Shown: positions 17,959-29,241 of the stretch, piece by piece
Layout of the letters: the number at the start of each line of letters is the position of its first letter
Position numbering within the stretch: the first letter of the stretch is position 1
Source of the DNA: an uncultured bacterium
GTDB lineage: Bacteria > Actinomycetota > Actinomycetes > S36-B12
Assembly (NCBI GenBank): GCA_963736365.1
Contig: CAVTOM010000007.1
Span: 450,820 to 514,819, forward strand
Length of the DNA: 64,000 bases
Direction: 5' to 3'
The notes under the pieces: generated by a model
What the model was told of the DNA's origin: nothing
The model's input: the letters and a program-made list of their open reading frames with translations, nothing else
The model's database searches: none
Translations under genes and position numbers: made by a program

Positions 17959-18504
17959 ATGCACCTGCCGATGCACACCGAGCGCCTCGTCCTGCGCGCA
18001 CTCACCGCCGACGACCTCGACGACCACCTGCGCCTCTACGGCGACCCGGAGGTCGTCCGCTACCTCTACGACGAGCCGATGGACCGCGAGCAGGCTGCGG
18101 CTCACCTGGCACTGCGGCTGGACTCCTCGCTGCCGGACGAGGGCCACTGGGTGAACCTGGCGGTGGAGGAGGCGGGGCGATACGTGGGCGAGGTGGGCGT
18201 GAGTCTCGTCAGCCGCACGCACCGACAGTGCGAGATCGGGTACTGCTTCCTGCCGGAGGCGGGCGGGCGCGGGCTCGCCACGGAGGCGGCCGCGGCCATG
18301 GTGGCGCTGGCCTTCGACGAGCTGGACGCGCACCGGGTGGTCGGGCGGATCGAGGCGCGGAACGCGGCGTCGGCGCGGGTGCTCGAGCGGCTCGGCATGC
18401 GGCGGGAGGCGCACTTGAGGGAGAACGAGTTCGTCAAGGGAGAGTGGAACGACGAGATCGTCTACGCGGTGCTCGAGGACGACTGGGTGCCGCCGGGCCG
18501 GTGA
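17959..18504 (+). CDS. GNAT-family N-acetyltransferase (RimJ/RimL-like)
   Basis: TERLVLRALTADDLDDHLRLYGDPEVVRY, the acetyl-CoA loop GRGLATEAAAAMV, and ARNAASARVLERLGMRRE. Confidence 0.8.
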   Translation: MHLPMHTERLVLRALTADDLDDHLRLYGDPEVVRYLYDEPMDREQAAAHLALRLDSSLPDEGHWVNLAVEEAGRYVGEVGVSLVSRTHRQCEIGYCFLPEAGGRGLATEAAAAMVALAFDELDAHRVVGRIEARNAASARVLERLGMRREAHLRENEFVKGEWNDEIVYAVLEDDWVPPGR

Positions 18505-18520
18505 GCGCCGCCGGAACGGC

Positions 18521-18550
18521 GAAGGGCCCCGCCAGACGGCGGGGCCCTTC
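18521..18550. terminator. 13-bp GC-rich hairpin between the convergent GNAT gene and csp copy 2
   Basis: gaagggccccgcc-agac-ggcggggcccttc. Confidence 0.7.
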
Positions 18551-18564
18551 GGATGTCCGTTCGC

Positions 18565-18768
18565 TCAGGCGATGCGGACCTTGTCGGCCTGCGGGCCCTT
18601 GGGGCCCTGGACGATGTCGAACTCGACGGCCTGGTTCTCGTCGAGCGAGCGGTAGCCATCGGACTGGATGGCCGAGTAGTGGACGAAGACGTCCGGGCCG
18701 CCGTCGGCCTGGGCGATGAAGCCGAAGCCCTTCTCAGCGTTGAACCACTTGACGGTGCCTTGAGCCAT
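18565..18768 (-). CDS. cspA: cold-shock protein (CspA family), copy 2
   Basis: [35 protein letters not shown] (RNP1/RNP2 motifs); 67 aa. Confidence 0.9.
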   Translation of the reverse strand: MAQGTVKWFNAEKGFGFIAQADGGPDVFVHYSAIQSDGYRSLDENQAVEFDIVQGPKGPQADKVRIA

Positions 18769-18873
18769 GATGCGCATTCTCCTTGCCGGAACACTCATGC
18801 CGGACGGTTGCCCGGCACGGGGCCTAGCCGTTCAAACCCGTCGTCCCGGATCTGTGCACAAGCTCAGAAACAC

Positions 18874-18898
18874 GGATGCCCACCACGAGGGCGGGCAT
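18874..18898 (-). terminator. intrinsic terminator after csp copy 1
   Basis: The minus strand reads GAUGCCCGCC-CUCGU-GGUGGGCAUC followed by CGUGUUUCUG. Confidence 0.6.
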
Positions 18899-19029
18899 CT
18901 CAGAACGGTGGTGCTGATGTGGCCTTGCCTGAGGAGAGCATAGCCCCCACTGGCCCGAACAGCACCGATCCCGGCCGATTCCCCCCGCGGGAGGGTGAAT
19001 CGACCGGGATCGGCAGACGACTCGAGTGG

Positions 19030-19233
19030 CTAGGCGACGCGGACGTTGTCAGCCTGCGGGCCCTTGGGACCCTGGACGATGTCGAACTCGACGGCCTGGT
19101 TCTCGTCGAGCGAGCGGTAGCCATCGGACTGGATGGCCGAGTAGTGGACGAAGACGTCCGGGCCGCCGTCGGCCTGGGCGATGAAGCCGAAGCCCTTCTC
19201 AGCGTTGAACCACTTGACGGTTCCTTGAGCCAT
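19030..19233 (-). CDS. cspA: cold-shock protein (CspA family), copy 1
   Basis: The 67-aa product differs from copy 2 only at the last few residues (..ADNVRVA vs ..ADKVRIA). The DNA is nearly identical over about 190 bp. Confidence 0.9.
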   Translation of the reverse strand: MAQGTVKWFNAEKGFGFIAQADGGPDVFVHYSAIQSDGYRSLDENQAVEFDIVQGPKGPQADNVRVA

Positions 19234-19261
19234 GATGCGGAATCTCCTTGCGAAAAACGAA

Positions 19262-19285
19262 CGAGCCGAGCGGATGCCCGGCTCG
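19262..19285 (-). promoter_or_regulatory. terminator-like hairpin plus U-tract inside the 5' UTR of csp copy 1
   Basis: The minus strand reads CGAGCCG-(10 nt)-CGGCUCG followed by UUCGUUUUUCG, about 15 nt upstream of the RBS aaggag. A TATGCT -10-like hexamer lies at 19302-19307 (minus strand). Confidence 0.35.
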
Positions 19286-19363
19286 GTGCCTGACTGCCAT
19301 GAGCATAGCGCCGCTGAGCGCACGGTGAGAAGGGCGCGTCCGCCTCGCGGATAGGCTCACGCC

Positions 19364-21023
19364 GTGACTCCCGATCAGCTGGCCGCCGCCGTGACCGACA
19401 TCGTCGCCGCCCTGGCGGCCGAGGGGCGCCTCACGCTCGACTCCGCACCGGAGGTGCGGATCGAACGGCCGAAGTCGCGCGACCACGGCGACTACGCCAC
19501 CGGCGTCGCCCTGGCCCTCGCGAAGTCCAGCGGCATGCCGCCCCGCGACCTGGCGGCTCTGCTGGCCGAGCGGATCGCCACCGTGCCGGGGGTCGCCTCC
19601 GCCGAGGTCGCCGGGCCGGGCTTCGTGAACATCCGGCTCGAGACCGCCAGCCAGGGCGAGCTCGCGCGCACCGTGGTGGAGGCGGGCCAGGCGTGGGGCA
19701 ACGGCACCGCGCTGGCCGGTCGGGTCGTCAACGTCGAGTTCATCTCCGCCAACCCCACGGGACCCCTGCACCTGGGCCACACCCGCTGGGCCGCCATCGG
19801 CGATGCCATCGCCCGGGTCCTGACGGCCGCGGGAGCCACGGTCAGCACGGAGTTCTACATCAACGACCGCGGCGTGCAGATGGACAAGTTCGGCGCGTCG
19901 GTCATGGCGGCGGCCAACGGCCGGCCCGGTGCCGGAGGACGGCTACCACGGCGGCTACATCCTCGATCTCGCCGCGGCCATCGTCATCGCCCGGCCGGGC
20001 ATCCGCGACCTGCCGGACGACGAGCAGCTGGTCGCCTTCCGCGAGGCCGCCTACGCCCTCCAGCTCAAGCAGCAGCAGCAGGTCCTCGAGCTGTTCCGCA
20101 CGCACTTCGACGTCTGGTACTCCGAGCGGTCGCTGTACGAGTCCGGCGCTGTCGTGCGCGGCCTGGCCACGCTCATGGAGCAGGGTCACGTGTTCGAGCA
20201 GGACGGCGCGGTCTGGCTGCGCACCACGGACTTCGGCGACGACAAGGACCGGGTCCTCATCAAGGCCGACGGCGAGTACACCTACTTCGCTGCCGACACC
20301 GCCTATTACGTCGACAAGCGGGCCCGCGGGTTCGACCTCAACATCTACCTGCTGGGTGCCGACCATCACGGCTACGTGAACCGGCTGAGGGCCGTCGCGG
20401 CCTGCGCGGGCGACGACATGGACGACGCCATCGAGGTGCTGATCGGCCAGCTCGTGAAGATCACGCGGGGCGGCGAGGAGGTCCGGCTGTCCAAGCGCGC
20501 CGGCACGATCGTCACCCTGGACGACCTGGTCGAGGAGGTCGGCGTGGACGCCGCCCGCTACACGCTCGCCCGCTACCCGGCCGACTCGCCGCTCACCCTC
20601 GACCTGGAGGAGATGACCCGGGCGACGAACGACAACCCGGTCTTCTACGTCCAGTACGCGCACGCCCGGATCGCGTCGGTGCTGCGCAACGCCGCCGAGC
20701 TGGGCATCGACTGGCGCGCCGCCGAGTTCGAACCCGCCCTCCTCGACCACGAGCGCGAGAACAACCTCCTCGGCATGCTGGCGGAGTTCCCGCGGATCGT
20801 CGCCAGCGCCGCCGAGCTCCGCGAGCCGCACCGGGTCGCCCGCTACCTGGAGGACCTCGCCACGGCCTACCACCGCTTCTACGACGTGTGCTGGGTGCTT
20901 CCCCGTGGCGACGAGCAGCTCGCACCGCTCCATGTCGCCAGGCTGTGGCTGTGCGCAGCGTCCCGTCAGACGATCGCGAACGGCCTCGGCCTGCTCGGCG
21001 TGAGCGCCCCGGACCGCATGTAG
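19364..21023 (+). CDS. argS: arginine--tRNA ligase, +1 frame break near 19927
   Basis: ISANPTGPLHLGHTRWAAIGD (HIGH region) lies in the first frame. ..GADHHGYV.., KRAGTIVTLDDL (KMSK-like) and the C-terminal ..GVSAPDRM lie in the frame of ORF 19929. Confidence 0.9.
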
Positions 21024-21051
21024 GCAGCCGCGGATGGCCTAGCCTTCACGT

Positions 21052-22470
21052 GTGCGCGCCCATCCCGCTGGACCTCTCCACGCCGACGGCGTGTCGGCGC
21101 ATGCCGACGCCGAGCGGCCCTCGTCGTCGCGGGAGATGAACGCCCTCTCGCCGCGCGTCTGGCCGGCGTCCTGTCGACGCAACGCGAGCGGCGCGCTCGA
21201 GATCGGCGGCGTCGACGTCCGGGACGCCGTCGCCGAGCACTGCCTCTCCGCTGTTCCTGCTCGACGAGGCCGACCTGCGCGACCGTGCTCGCCGGTACCG
21301 CGGCGCCTACGTCGACGCGGGCGCCCGGCTCGTGTACTACGCGGCCAAGGCCTTCCTGACGACCACCATCGCGCGGTGGGTCGACCGAGGAGGGGCTGGG
21401 CATCGACGTGGCGTCCGGCGGCGAGCTCGCGGTGGCCCTGCGCGCGGGCGTGCCCGGGGATCGGCTCCTCATGCACGGCAACAACAAGTCGGCGGAGGAG
21501 ATCGACGCCGCGGTGGCGGCCCGGGTCGGCCGGATCGTCATCGACTCGTTCGAGGACATCGTCCGCGTCGCCGACGCCGCGGCTCGGGCCGGCATCGTCC
21601 AGCCGGTCCTGGTCCGGGTGACCGTGGGGGTCGAGGCGCATACGCACGAGTTCATCGCCACGGCGCACGAGGACCAGAAGTTCGGGCTGTCGGTCGGCTC
21701 GGGCGCCGCCGAGGAGGCCGTGCGCCGGATCGCGAAGCTGCCCAGCCTCGACCTCGTCGGCCTGCACTCGCACATCGGCTCGCAGATCTTCGACGCCGCC
21801 GGCTTCGAGGTGGCCGCCGCCCGGGTCGTCTCCGTCGCGCAGCGGATCTGGGACGAGCAGGGGATCGAGGTCGAGGAGCTCAACCTCGGTGGCGGGCATG
21901 GGCATCGCCTACCTGGAGTCCGACGACCCGCTCGACGTCCCCGACATGGCGTTCCAGATCGGCGAGATCGTCGGCAAGGAGTGCGCGGCCGCGGGGATCC
22001 CGATGCCGGCGCTGGCCTTCGAGCCGGGCCGGGCCATCGTCGGTCCGGCGGCGGTGACGATCTACGAGGTGGGCACGGTCAAGGCGGTCGACCTCGACCG
22101 CGGCGCGGTGCGGACCTACGTGTCGGTCGACGGCGGCATGAGCGACAACATCCGCACGGCCCTGTACGACGCGGAGTACTCCGTGGTGCTGGCCTCCCGC
22201 GAGTCGTCGGCCGAGCCGGTGCTGAGCCGGGTCGTGGGCAAGCACTGCGAGAGCGGCGACATCGTCGTGCGGGACGCCTGGCTGCCGGCCGACCTCGCGC
22301 CCGGCGACCTGCTCGCGGTCGCGGCCACGGGGGCCTACTGCCGGTCGATGGCGTCGAACTACAACTACCTGCCCCGGCCGGCGGTGGTGGCCGCCGCCGA
22401 GGGCCGCACGCGCGTCCTGCTGCGCCGGGAGACGCTGGACGACCTGCTGCGCCTCGATCCCGGCGCCTGA
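21052..22470 (+). CDS. lysA: diaminopimelate decarboxylase, three +1 frame breaks (about 21245, about 21386, about 21897)
   Basis: Pieced together from ORFs 21052, 21332, 21408 and 21889: [11 protein letters not shown] / [16 protein letters not shown] / [28 protein letters not shown] / [30 protein letters not shown]. Confidence 0.85.
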
Positions 22471-22549
22471 CAGCAGAAGTCCGCACGCTGCCGTCGCAAA
22501 CTCCGGCTGGGTGTGACGCTGCAGCTGTGGATTCGACGTGCGGGTGGTG

Positions 22550-23296
22550 CTACTCGCGCTCGGCGCCGGCGACCAGCTTCTCCGGCTCCTCGACGTCGGT
22601 GCGGGTGAGCTTCCAGACGATGGCGGCCACGACCGCGCCCACGAGCGGCGCGAGGATGAACAGCCAGACCTGGCTGAGCGCGGTGCCGCCCTCGAACAGG
22701 GCCGGGCCGAACGAGCGCGCCGGGTTGACCGACGTGCCGGTCAGCGGGATGCCCACGAGGTGCACGACGGTCAGGGCCAGGCCGATGGCGATGCCCGCGA
22801 AGCCCGGTGCCGCGATGCGCTCGGTGACCAGGAGGATCACCAGGACGAACGCGGCGGTGAGCAGGACCTCGAGGACGAAGGCGCCCGCCATGTTGATGGC
22901 ACCGTTGTCGTAGCCGTTGGTGCCGAGGGCGCCGGTGTAGTCGGTGACGCCGAACGAGGACACGAACAGCTTGAGGAAGGCGGCGCCGAGGATCGCGCCG
23001 AGGAACTGCGCGATCCAGTACCCGACGGCCTCGTTGGTGGGCATCCGGCGGCCCAGGAGCATGGCCAGCGTGACGGCCGGGTTGACGTGCGCGCCCGAGA
23101 CAGGCCCGAACGCGTAGGCGATGGCCAGCAGGACGAGTCCGAACGCGAGGGCGACGCCCACGACGCCGTTCCCGGGGCCGGCCCCGTCGACCCCGACCTT
23201 GGCGCCGATGCCGAACACGGCTGCGCCCACGGCCAGGAAGACGAGCAGGAAGGTGCCGACGAACTCGGCGAGCAGCTTCCGGGCTGCGGTGTTCAT
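22550..23296 (-). CDS. aquaporin / MIP-family channel
   Basis: Two NPA boxes ([10 protein letters not shown] and TSVNPARS) and six TM segments. The start is ATG 23296 ([12 protein letters not shown]). Confidence 0.85.
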   Translation of the reverse strand: MNTAARKLLAEFVGTFLLVFLAVGAAVFGIGAKVGVDGAGPGNGVVGVALAFGLVLLAIAYAFGPVSGAHVNPAVTLAMLLGRRMPTNEAVGYWIAQFLGAILGAAFLKLFVSSFGVTDYTGALGTNGYDNGAINMAGAFVLEVLLTAAFVLVILLVTERIAAPGFAGIAIGLALTVVHLVGIPLTGTSVNPARSFGPALFEGGTALSQVWLFILAPLVGAVVAAIVWKLTRTDVEEPEKLVAGAERE

Positions 23297-23473
23297 GACA
23301 TACCTCCAGGGGGGACCGACGTCAGGGCGCCGGTCGGCGATTGCGCACATGGTCCCGCGCGGGCCGCAGTATTCCGGGAAGGCGCGCGCGACCGCGAACC
23401 GGGTTCGCGATGCGGGCGGGGGACCTGAGAGGCTGTCCCCCGGATCATCGACCGCACGTCACGAGGAGCTCGC

Positions 23474-24775
23474 ATGTCGTCCGCTGCCCAGGCGCGGCCC
23501 CTGACCGTTGCCCTCCTCGGCGGCGGCACCGTGGGGGCGTCGGTCGCCCGGCTGCTCGTCGAGAACGCGCACGACCTCGAGGAGCGGGCGGGGGCACCCG
23601 TGCGACTGGTCGCCGTGGCCGTGCGCGACCTGTCCAAGGACCGCCCCGGGATCCCGACGGAGGTCCTCACCGACGACGCCGAGGCCGTGGCCGCCAGCGG
23701 GGCGGACATCGTGGTCGAGCTGATCGGCGGCATCGAGCCCGCCCGCAGCCTCATCCTGTCGGCCATGGCCGCCGGCTCGAGCGTCGTGACGGCCAACAAG
23801 GCCCTGCTCGCCGCCGACGGCGCCTCGCTCTACGAAGCGGCGGGCCGCAACGGCGTCGACCTGTACTTCGAGGGTGCCGTTGCCGGGGCGATCCCGCTGC
23901 TGCGGCCGCTGCGCGAGTCGCTGTCCGGGGATCGCGTCACCAAGGTCCTCGGGATCGTGAACGGCACCACGAACTTCATGCTCACCAAGATGGACGAGGA
24001 GGGCGTCCAGTACTCCGACGTCTTCGCGGAGGCGGAGGCGCTGGGCTACCTCGAGGCCGACCCGAGCCTCGACGTCGACGGGCACGACGCGGCGGCCAAG
24101 GCGGCCATCCTCGCCGAGCTGGCCTTCCACACCCGGGTGACGCTGGACGACGTGTACTGCGAGGGCATCACGCGCGTGACCGCCGAGGACATCCGCGCCG
24201 CCCAGCAGATGGGCTTCGTCATCAAGCTGCTCGCGGTGGCCGAGCGCACCGACGCGGGCGTGATCGTGCGCGTGCATCCGACGATGCTGCCGCGCAGCCA
24301 TCCGCTTGCCAGCGTCCGCGGAGCGTTCAACGCGGTGTTCATCGAGGCGGAGTCGGCGGGCGAGGTCATGTTCTACGGCCGCGGCGCCGGTGGTGCGCCG
24401 ACGGCCAGCGCGGTCCTCGGCGACGTCGTCACCGCCGCCCGCAACCGGGTCAGCGGAGGGCTCGGGCCGGGGGAGAGCACCTACTCCAACCTGCCCGTGC
24501 TGCCGATCGGCGCCGCGCTCACCCGCTACTACGTCAACCTGTCGGTGACCGATCGCCCTGGCGTGCTGGCGAGCATCGCGTCCGCCTTCTCCGACAACGG
24601 CGTGAGCATCCAGGTGGTGCGGCAGGACGGCCATGGCGACGAGGCCGGGCTCATCGTGCGCACGCACCGGGCCAGCGACGCGGCGCTGCACAAGACGGTC
24701 GAGCAGCTCAGCGGGCTCGACACCGTCCGCCGGGTGCTCGGCGTGATGCGGGTCGAGGGCGAGGCGGGAGCGTAG
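23474..24775 (+). CDS. hom: homoserine dehydrogenase
   Basis: [39 protein letters not shown], and a C-terminal ACT-like region. The frame is intact. Confidence 0.9.
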   Translation: MSSAAQARPLTVALLGGGTVGASVARLLVENAHDLEERAGAPVRLVAVAVRDLSKDRPGIPTEVLTDDAEAVAASGADIVVELIGGIEPARSLILSAMAAGSSVVTANKALLAADGASLYEAAGRNGVDLYFEGAVAGAIPLLRPLRESLSGDRVTKVLGIVNGTTNFMLTKMDEEGVQYSDVFAEAEALGYLEADPSLDVDGHDAAAKAAILAELAFHTRVTLDDVYCEGITRVTAEDIRAAQQMGFVIKLLAVAERTDAGVIVRVHPTMLPRSHPLASVRGAFNAVFIEAESAGEVMFYGRGAGGAPTASAVLGDVVTAARNRVSGGLGPGESTYSNLPVLPIGAALTRYYVNLSVTDRPGVLASIASAFSDNGVSIQVVRQDGHGDEAGLIVRTHRASDAALHKTVEQLSGLDTVRRVLGVMRVEGEAGA

Positions 24776-24777
24776 TC

Positions 24778-25836
24778 ATGGCGCATGTCTGGCGTGGCCT
24801 CATCGAGGAGTACCGCGATCGGCTGCCGGTCACGGATGCGACACCGGTCGTCTCGCTGCGCGAGGGCGGCACCCCGCTGGTGCGGGCCGACGTGCTCGGC
24901 GATCGCGTGGGCTGCGAGGTCTGGCTGAAGTACGACGGGGCCAACCCGACCGGCTCCTTCAAGGACCGCGGCATGACGCTGGCCATCTCGAAGGCCGCCG
25001 AGTCCGGGGCCCGGGCCGTCATCTGCGCGTCCACCGGCAACACGTCGGCGAGCGCTGCGGCCTACGCCGCGAAGGCCGGCATGACCTGCGCCGTCCTGGT
25101 CCCGCAGGGCAAGATCGCCATGGGCAAGCTGGCACAGGCGATCGCCCACGGCGCGATGCTCCTGCAGATCGACGGCAACTTCGACGACTGCCTGGAGCTG
25201 GCCCGCAAGCTGGCCGTCGACTACCCCGTCGAGCTCGTCAACAGCGTCAACCCGGCTCGCATCGAGGGGCAGAAGACCGCCGCCTTCGAGATCGTCGACC
25301 AGCTCGGCCGCGCGCCGGACATCCACTGCCTGCCCGTCGGGAACGCCGGCAACATCACGGCCTACTGGAAGGGCTACAGCGAGTACCTCGCCGATGGCGT
25401 GGCGACGAGCGCGCCCCGCATGTGGGGATTCCAGGCAGCCGGCGCGGCGCCGCTGGTCAGCGGGGAGCCGGTGCTGCACCCGGAGACCATCGCGACGGCC
25501 ATCCGCATCGGCAACCCCGCATCGTGGGACGGCGCCGTGGACGCTCGCGACTCCTCCGGCGGGATGATCGACGCCGTCACCGACGACGAGATCCTGGACG
25601 CCTACCGCTTCGTCGCAGCCCGCGAGGCGCTGTTCTGCGAGCCGGCGAGCGCGGCGAGTGTCGCCGGCCTGCTCAAGGCGCATGCGGCCGGACTGGTCGA
25701 CCCGGGGCAGGTCATCGTGTGCACCCTCACCGGACACGGCCTCAAGGACACTCAGTGGGCCCTCGACTCGGCGGCCGAGCCGACGGTCGTGCCCGTGGAC
25801 GCGGCCGCGGTCGCGCACGCCCTGGGCCTGGCGTAG
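24778..25836 (+). CDS. thrC: threonine synthase
   Basis: EGGTPLV.., the PLP-lysine motif [12 protein letters not shown], and [13 protein letters not shown]. The frame is intact. The start is ATG 24778, 2 nt after the hom stop. Confidence 0.9.
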   Translation: MAHVWRGLIEEYRDRLPVTDATPVVSLREGGTPLVRADVLGDRVGCEVWLKYDGANPTGSFKDRGMTLAISKAAESGARAVICASTGNTSASAAAYAAKAGMTCAVLVPQGKIAMGKLAQAIAHGAMLLQIDGNFDDCLELARKLAVDYPVELVNSVNPARIEGQKTAAFEIVDQLGRAPDIHCLPVGNAGNITAYWKGYSEYLADGVATSAPRMWGFQAAGAAPLVSGEPVLHPETIATAIRIGNPASWDGAVDARDSSGGMIDAVTDDEILDAYRFVAAREALFCEPASAASVAGLLKAHAAGLVDPGQVIVCTLTGHGLKDTQWALDSAAEPTVVPVDAAAVAHALGLA

Positions 25837-25838
25837 CG

Positions 25839-26761
25839 ATGTCCGTCCTGCGACGCGACGCCGTCCGCGTGCTCGTGCCGGCCAGCAGCGCGAACCTCGG
25901 GCCGGCCTTCGACAGCGCCGGGCTCGCGCTGGCCGTCGTCGACGAGGTGATCGCGATGGTCACCGACGACGAGGGAATCCTGATCGAGGTCGCGGGGAGG
26001 GGGCCGGGGACGTCCCGCTCGACGAGTCGCACCTCGTCGCCCGGTCGATGCTGGCGGCGTTCGCATGGCTCGACGTCCCCGTTCCCGGCTTCGTGCTGCG
26101 GTGCGTCAACGCCATCCCGCACGGCAGTGGGCTCGGATCGTCCGCCGCGGCCATCATCGGCGGCATCGTCCTGGCGCGGGCCATGGTCGACGACGGCCGG
26201 GAGCGCATGTCGGACAGCGACGTCCTGCAGCTGGCGCTCCGGCAGGAGAACCATCCGGACAATCTCGCGGCTGCGCTCTACGGCGGTTTCACGGTGGCGT
26301 GGCTGGAGGACGACGGCTTCGCCGACGCCGTCCGGATGGACCCGCACCCGGACGTGCGTCCGGTCGTGCTGGTGCCGCCGACCGGCCTGGCGACCACGAC
26401 GGCCCGCGCGCTCCTGCCGGACACCGTCACGCTCGCCGATGCCAGCGCGAACGTCGCTCGTTCGGCCCTCCTCGTCCACGCCATGGTCACCGATCCCGGC
26501 CGGCTCATGAGCGCCACCGCCGATCGCCTCCACCAGGACCACCGGGCGTCGGCCTACCCCGCCTCTGTCGAGGTCGTCCGCGCCCTGCGCACCGCCGGGG
26601 TCCCCGCGGTGATCTCCGGCGCTGGCCCCGCGGTGCTCGCGTTCCCGCTCGACGGCGACGACGCCCGCGTCCGCGCGGTGGCCGATCCGGGCTGGCTCGT
26701 CGAGGCGATCGAGGTGGCCCCGATGGGCGCGCGCGAGGTCCCCGTCCCCCCGCTGCCCTGA
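25839..26761 (+). CDS. thrB: homoserine kinase, -1 frame break in a G-run near 25995
   Basis: VLVPASSANLGPAFDS, then (in the frame of ORF 25658) the GHMP motif PHGSGLGSSAAAIIGG and HPDNLAAALYGG. Confidence 0.85.
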
Positions 26762-26988
26762 CCCGGTTCGGGGGCTGCGGCCGGGCGTGGTGTTATGCTG
26801 ATCACGTTCCAGATGACGGCGGCTCGCCGGTTCCCCCGGAAAACGATCCGTCCCCGCCACGTGATCTCGCGGTGAACGTCCGACCACGATGACACGAGCG
26901 CACTGGACGATCCCTACGAAGGCCGCATTCTCGAGCACTCGTGGGCACCCGAAATCCCTCAACGCGAGGGCAACCCAGAAGGACATTC

Positions 26989-28795
26989 GTGACCGAAACC
27001 AAAGGCTCGGGTGCTGGCCTCTCAGCCATGCTCCTGCCTGAGCTCAAGCAGCTCGCCCAGCAGATGGGCATCTCCGGCGCCAGCGGCATGCGCAAGGGCG
27101 ACCTCGTCGCCGCGATCGCCGACCGGCAGGGCTCCTCGAACGGCAGCGCGGCCACTGAGCGCCCCCGCCGTGCGGCCCGCCGCGAGCAGGCCCCGGCCGA
27201 GCAGCCCGCCGCCGACGTGAGCCCCGCGGCTCCCGCCCAGGAGCGCGACACCCAGGTCCGCGACACGCAGGATCAGACCACCCAGCCGGCGGCCTCCGGC
27301 CGCGAGGCCCCCGAGGACCGTGGCGGGAGCCGCAACGACGGTGGGCAGCGCAACGACGGCGCCCGCAACGACGGCGGCAACCGCAACGACGGCGGCAACC
27401 GCAACGACCGGGGCAACCGCAACGACCGGGGCAACCGCAACGACGGCGGGAACCGCAACGACGGCGGGAACCGCAACGACGGCGGGAACCGCAACGACCG
27501 CGACGCCGGTCCGGATCGCAGCGAGGTCGGCGAGGACGGCAGCCGCCGTCGCCGGCGTGGCCGTGACCGCTTCCGCGACCGCCGGGACCGTCCGCAGCGC
27601 GGCGGCGCCCCCTACAACGACGTCGAGCCGGAGATCGGCGAGGACGACGTCCTCGTGCCGGTCGCAGGCATCCTCGACGTGATGGAGAACTACGCCTTCG
27701 TCCGCACGAGCGGGTACCTGCCCGGGCCACAACGACGTCTACGTCTCGCTGTCGATGGTGCGCAAGCACGGCCTGCGCAAGGGCGACGCGGTGACCGGCG
27801 CGACCAAGGCGCCGAAGGACGGCGACCGCAAGGAGAAGTTCAACCCGCTGGTCCGCATCGACACGGTCAACGGCGGGCCGCTCGAGGCCGCCCGCAACCG
27901 TCCGGAGTTCTCCAAGCTGACGCCGCTGTACCCGCAGGACCGGCTCCGGCTCGAGACCACTCCCGGAAACCTCACCACGCGCGTCATCGATCTCGTGGCG
28001 CCGATCGGCAAGGGCCAGCGCGGCCTGATCGTCTCGCCGCCCAAGGCCGGCAAGACGATGGTGCTGCAGGCCATCGCGAACGCCATCGTCACGAACAACC
28101 CCGAGGTGCACCTCATGGTCGTCCTGGTGGACGAGCGTCCCGAGGAGGTCACCGACATGCAGCGTTCGGTGAAGGGCGAGGTCATCGCCTCGACCTTCGA
28201 CCGTCCCGCCGAGGACCACACCATCATCGCGGAGCTGTCGATCGAGCGCGCCAAGCGCCTGGTGGAGCTCGGCCACGACGTCGTCGTCCTGCTCGACTCG
28301 ATGACCCGCCTGGGCCGCGCCTACAACCTCGCGGCACCGGCATCCGGGCGCATCCTGTCCGGCGGCGTGGACTCCACGGCGCTGTACCCGCCGAAGCGCT
28401 TCTTCGGCGCCGCTCGCAACATCGAGCACGGTGGGTCGCTGACGATCCTCGCCACCGCGCTCGTCGAGACCGGCTCGCGCATGGACGAGGTCATCTTCGA
28501 GGAGTTCAAGGGCACCGGGAACATGGAGCTCAAGCTCGACCGGCGCCTGGCCGACAAGCGGGTCTTCCCCGCCGTCGACGTCGACGCCTCGGGCACCCGC
28601 AAGGAGGATCTCCTCATGTCAGCCGAGGAGCTCAAGATCGTCTGGAAGCTGCGTCGGGTGCTCCACGCCCTCGACCAGCAGCAGTCGATCGAGCTGCTCC
28701 TCAACAAGCTCCGCGAGACCCAGAGCAACAACGAGTTCCTGCTCCAGGTCCAGCAGACGGCCCCGGCCGTGGGCGGCAAGCGCGACGACGACTGA
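26989..28795 (+). CDS. rho: transcription termination factor Rho with a long Arg/Asn/Asp/Gly-rich N-terminal insertion; +1 frame break near 27729
   Basis: [29 protein letters not shown] (N-terminal helix bundle); [22 protein letters not shown] / [19 protein letters not shown] (CSD-like domain); Walker A PPKAGKT; [11 protein letters not shown]. Confidence 0.9.
27331..27497 (+). repeat. 18-bp coding tandem repeat (about 9 units) encoding (G/R)GNRND within rho
   Basis: Units such as aaccgcaacgacggcggc recur. The protein reads [53 protein letters not shown]. Confidence 0.9.
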
Positions 28796-28910
28796 CCCCG
28801 CCAGAGCCCCCCACGGGATTTCGTGTAGGGCCGGGGCAATGGCATACTGATTCGGTTCCGGTTCACGGCTGCCCATCCGGGCGGGCCGACCCGGGACCTC
28901 GGAAGGGACG

Positions 28911-29129
28911 ATGATGAAGGCTGATATCCACCCCGCATACGCGGAGACCACCGTGACGTGCAGTTGCGGCAGCACGTTCACCACGCGCAGCACCGCCAAG
29001 AACGGCGTGATCCACGCCGACGTGTGCTCGCAGTGCCACCCGTTCTACACCGGCAAGCAGAAGATCCTCGACACCGGTGGCCGTGTGGCGAAGTGGGAGA
29101 GCCGCTACGGTAAGACCACCAGCAACTAG
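28911..29129 (+). CDS. rpmE: 50S ribosomal protein L31 (zinc-ribbon type A)
   Basis: [27 protein letters not shown]. Confidence 0.9.
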   Translation: MMKADIHPAYAETTVTCSCGSTFTTRSTAKNGVIHADVCSQCHPFYTGKQKILDTGGRVAKWESRYGKTTSN

Positions 29130-29241
29130 TTCAGCCTCCCGGGCGCCGGCCCGGGGTCGGCCGCGTGTCTCCCCCGTCGCGCGGTCGGCCCCCGACCGGC
29201 GCCCGGTCTGCTGTCCGCACCCCGACCGAAGGGAGTGAGCC

